64,000 bases of DNA, from contig ADNK01001130.1 in NCBI GenBank assembly GCA_000320545.1, positions 1 to 64,000 of the forward strand, given 5' to 3'. The notes under the pieces were generated by a model. It was not told the DNA's origin and ran no database searches. It saw nothing but the letters and a program-made list of their open reading frames with translations. Numbering within the stretch: the first letter of the stretch is position 1; each line of letters opens with the position of its first letter. This document shows positions 62,759 to 64,000 of this stretch, in pieces. This DNA is from Bigelowiella natans CCMP2755. Its lineage: Eukaryota; Protista; Cercozoa. Both the position numbers and the translations under genes were made by a program.

Positions 62759-64000
62759 GAAGAAGAAGAACGGGTGAACAAGAAGATAAATTCAAATATG
62801 GTCATTTATATAACCAATACCGCTGTTTCACAATGCATATCAAATCTTCATTCTTCTCCTCCCCCCCTCCCCCCCTATCTATCCTCCTCCTCCTTTGTTG
62901 TCTCCCAGGCTCGCTATCTCCTCTGCACGTGGAAGGAATTCGAGCAGACAAAATATGGTAACAATAGCGTGCTAGCTAGGAGCAGCAGTAGCACTAGCAG
63001 TAGTTGCGAGTAAAGTAACGGACGGGTGGGATGAGCCCTTCCTTGCCTCTCCCTTACCATTCATTCCCCCTCGTACGAACACCTCATTGCTGCTGAATAA
63101 CGCCGGTGTGTACGGGGATATCACATCAGGGGCCTTCCTGGGTCCCCTTGGCGACGACTCAAGTGTACGCGATCAAATGAACTTCTCCACCATCTTTACA
63201 AACACGACCGCTGTGTTTGGCCTCCCAGCTTTCTTAAGTCTCAGGAACAAGGCGAGGGCGAGAGAGGTACAGCGCGAGTGACGGTGCTCTGTCGCTGTCT
63301 ACACACGAATTCTGCATCGTTATCAGCCTAGCGTAATTTCGAATAGGCGTTACGATCAAAGGGAGCGAGCTCGGCCAGCACCTTTGACATATCTTTAACA
63401 TCATCCCCATGGCCCAAAACAGCCAAGCAGAAAGCTATCAATCAAGCCTTTACCGGTAGCAAAGCAGCTACTATTCCTCTGGGGAAATCCATCCCCCATT
63501 CTCGCTACTGCTATTTTAGAAATTTTGTGCGCTTTGGAATTACATCATTACTGTAGGCTGCTTGTCGCCATTTCACCCCCCCGCCCCCCCTTCGTGCTCC
63601 TCCTCCTCGTCATCATTATCATCATCATCATCACTGCCGTTGTCCCTAACATCATCGAAGGTATTGCGGTGACAATCGCTTTTGCCTTCGTCCCTGCGGG
63701 AGTTGCTGGCTTCATCATTCGTGAAAGACAGACCGGCAGCAAACACCTCCAGATTATATCAGGAGTGAACATCGTCGCATACTGGTCATCAACGACACTT
63801 GTGATTGATTGATTGATTGATGGTGATAGTGGTGGGGATGGGGATGGTGATGATGATGGTGATGCGTTTTCTAAGGTGTCTAGGCAATATCAATCACACA
63901 AACTTCATGTTATTTTATGCAGGCTGTCTAATTTTGCATGGGACTTTCTCAACTTCCTCCCTTCCTGCATCATCGCGTATGTATTCGTCTGCGGCACTAA
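49757..64000 (+). CDS. ABCA-subfamily full transporter, many small exons, 3'-partial
   Basis: [11 protein letters not shown]|[21 protein letters not shown]; [10 protein letters not shown]|EGLKMMG; Walker [12 protein letters not shown] (~57530); [10 protein letters not shown] (~58790); [12 protein letters not shown] (~58990); [19 protein letters not shown]; [10 protein letters not shown]; VSVTTLEE|VFL; second half [17 protein letters not shown]. Confidence 0.95.
51186..63860. repeat. Dense intronic microsatellites: (TA)n, (CA)n, (GA)n, (CAT)n, (TAG)n, (GAA)n, (GAG)n
   Basis: Directly visible in most ABCA introns. Similar tracts occur at 250-340, 660-690, 1995-2080, 29268-29340, 34550-38100 and 45300-47440. 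Confidence 0.95.

Overview
Gene-dense, intron-rich eukaryotic nuclear DNA. It has many short GT-AG introns and microsatellite-filled introns; the style suggests a protist such as a rhizarian alga, but the taxon cannot be fixed from this window. I can support about 15 protein genes, all hand-spliced with approximate exon borders: a GRK-like RGS-kinase, TMEM208/SND2-like, an MFS sugar transporter, a universal stress protein, SBDS, an intronless Cj0069-family ATP-grasp protein, an RCC1-repeat protein, NCBP3, SEL1L/Hrd3, an EXPERA protein, a partial ABCA transporter and four hypothetical genes. There is also one tRNA-Gly(GCC) and one young, complete 5.7-kb Ty3/Gypsy LTR retrotransposon (19252-24966). 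Three observations stand out. (1) The retrotransposon integrase has atypical DD(27)E spacing and ends in a ~134-aa domain resembling a catalytically degenerate Dam/DIRS-type N6-adenine DNA methyltransferase, where chromoviruses carry a chromodomain. (2) A ~970-bp tract (5958-6929) has no TAY or RTA trinucleotide while CpG is retained, suggesting context-specific A-to-G hypermutation; weaker echoes occur in convergent intergenic spacers. (3) Genes alternate strand almost perfectly, and the only break is at that tract. All family calls come from motif recognition by eye; no database searches were run.
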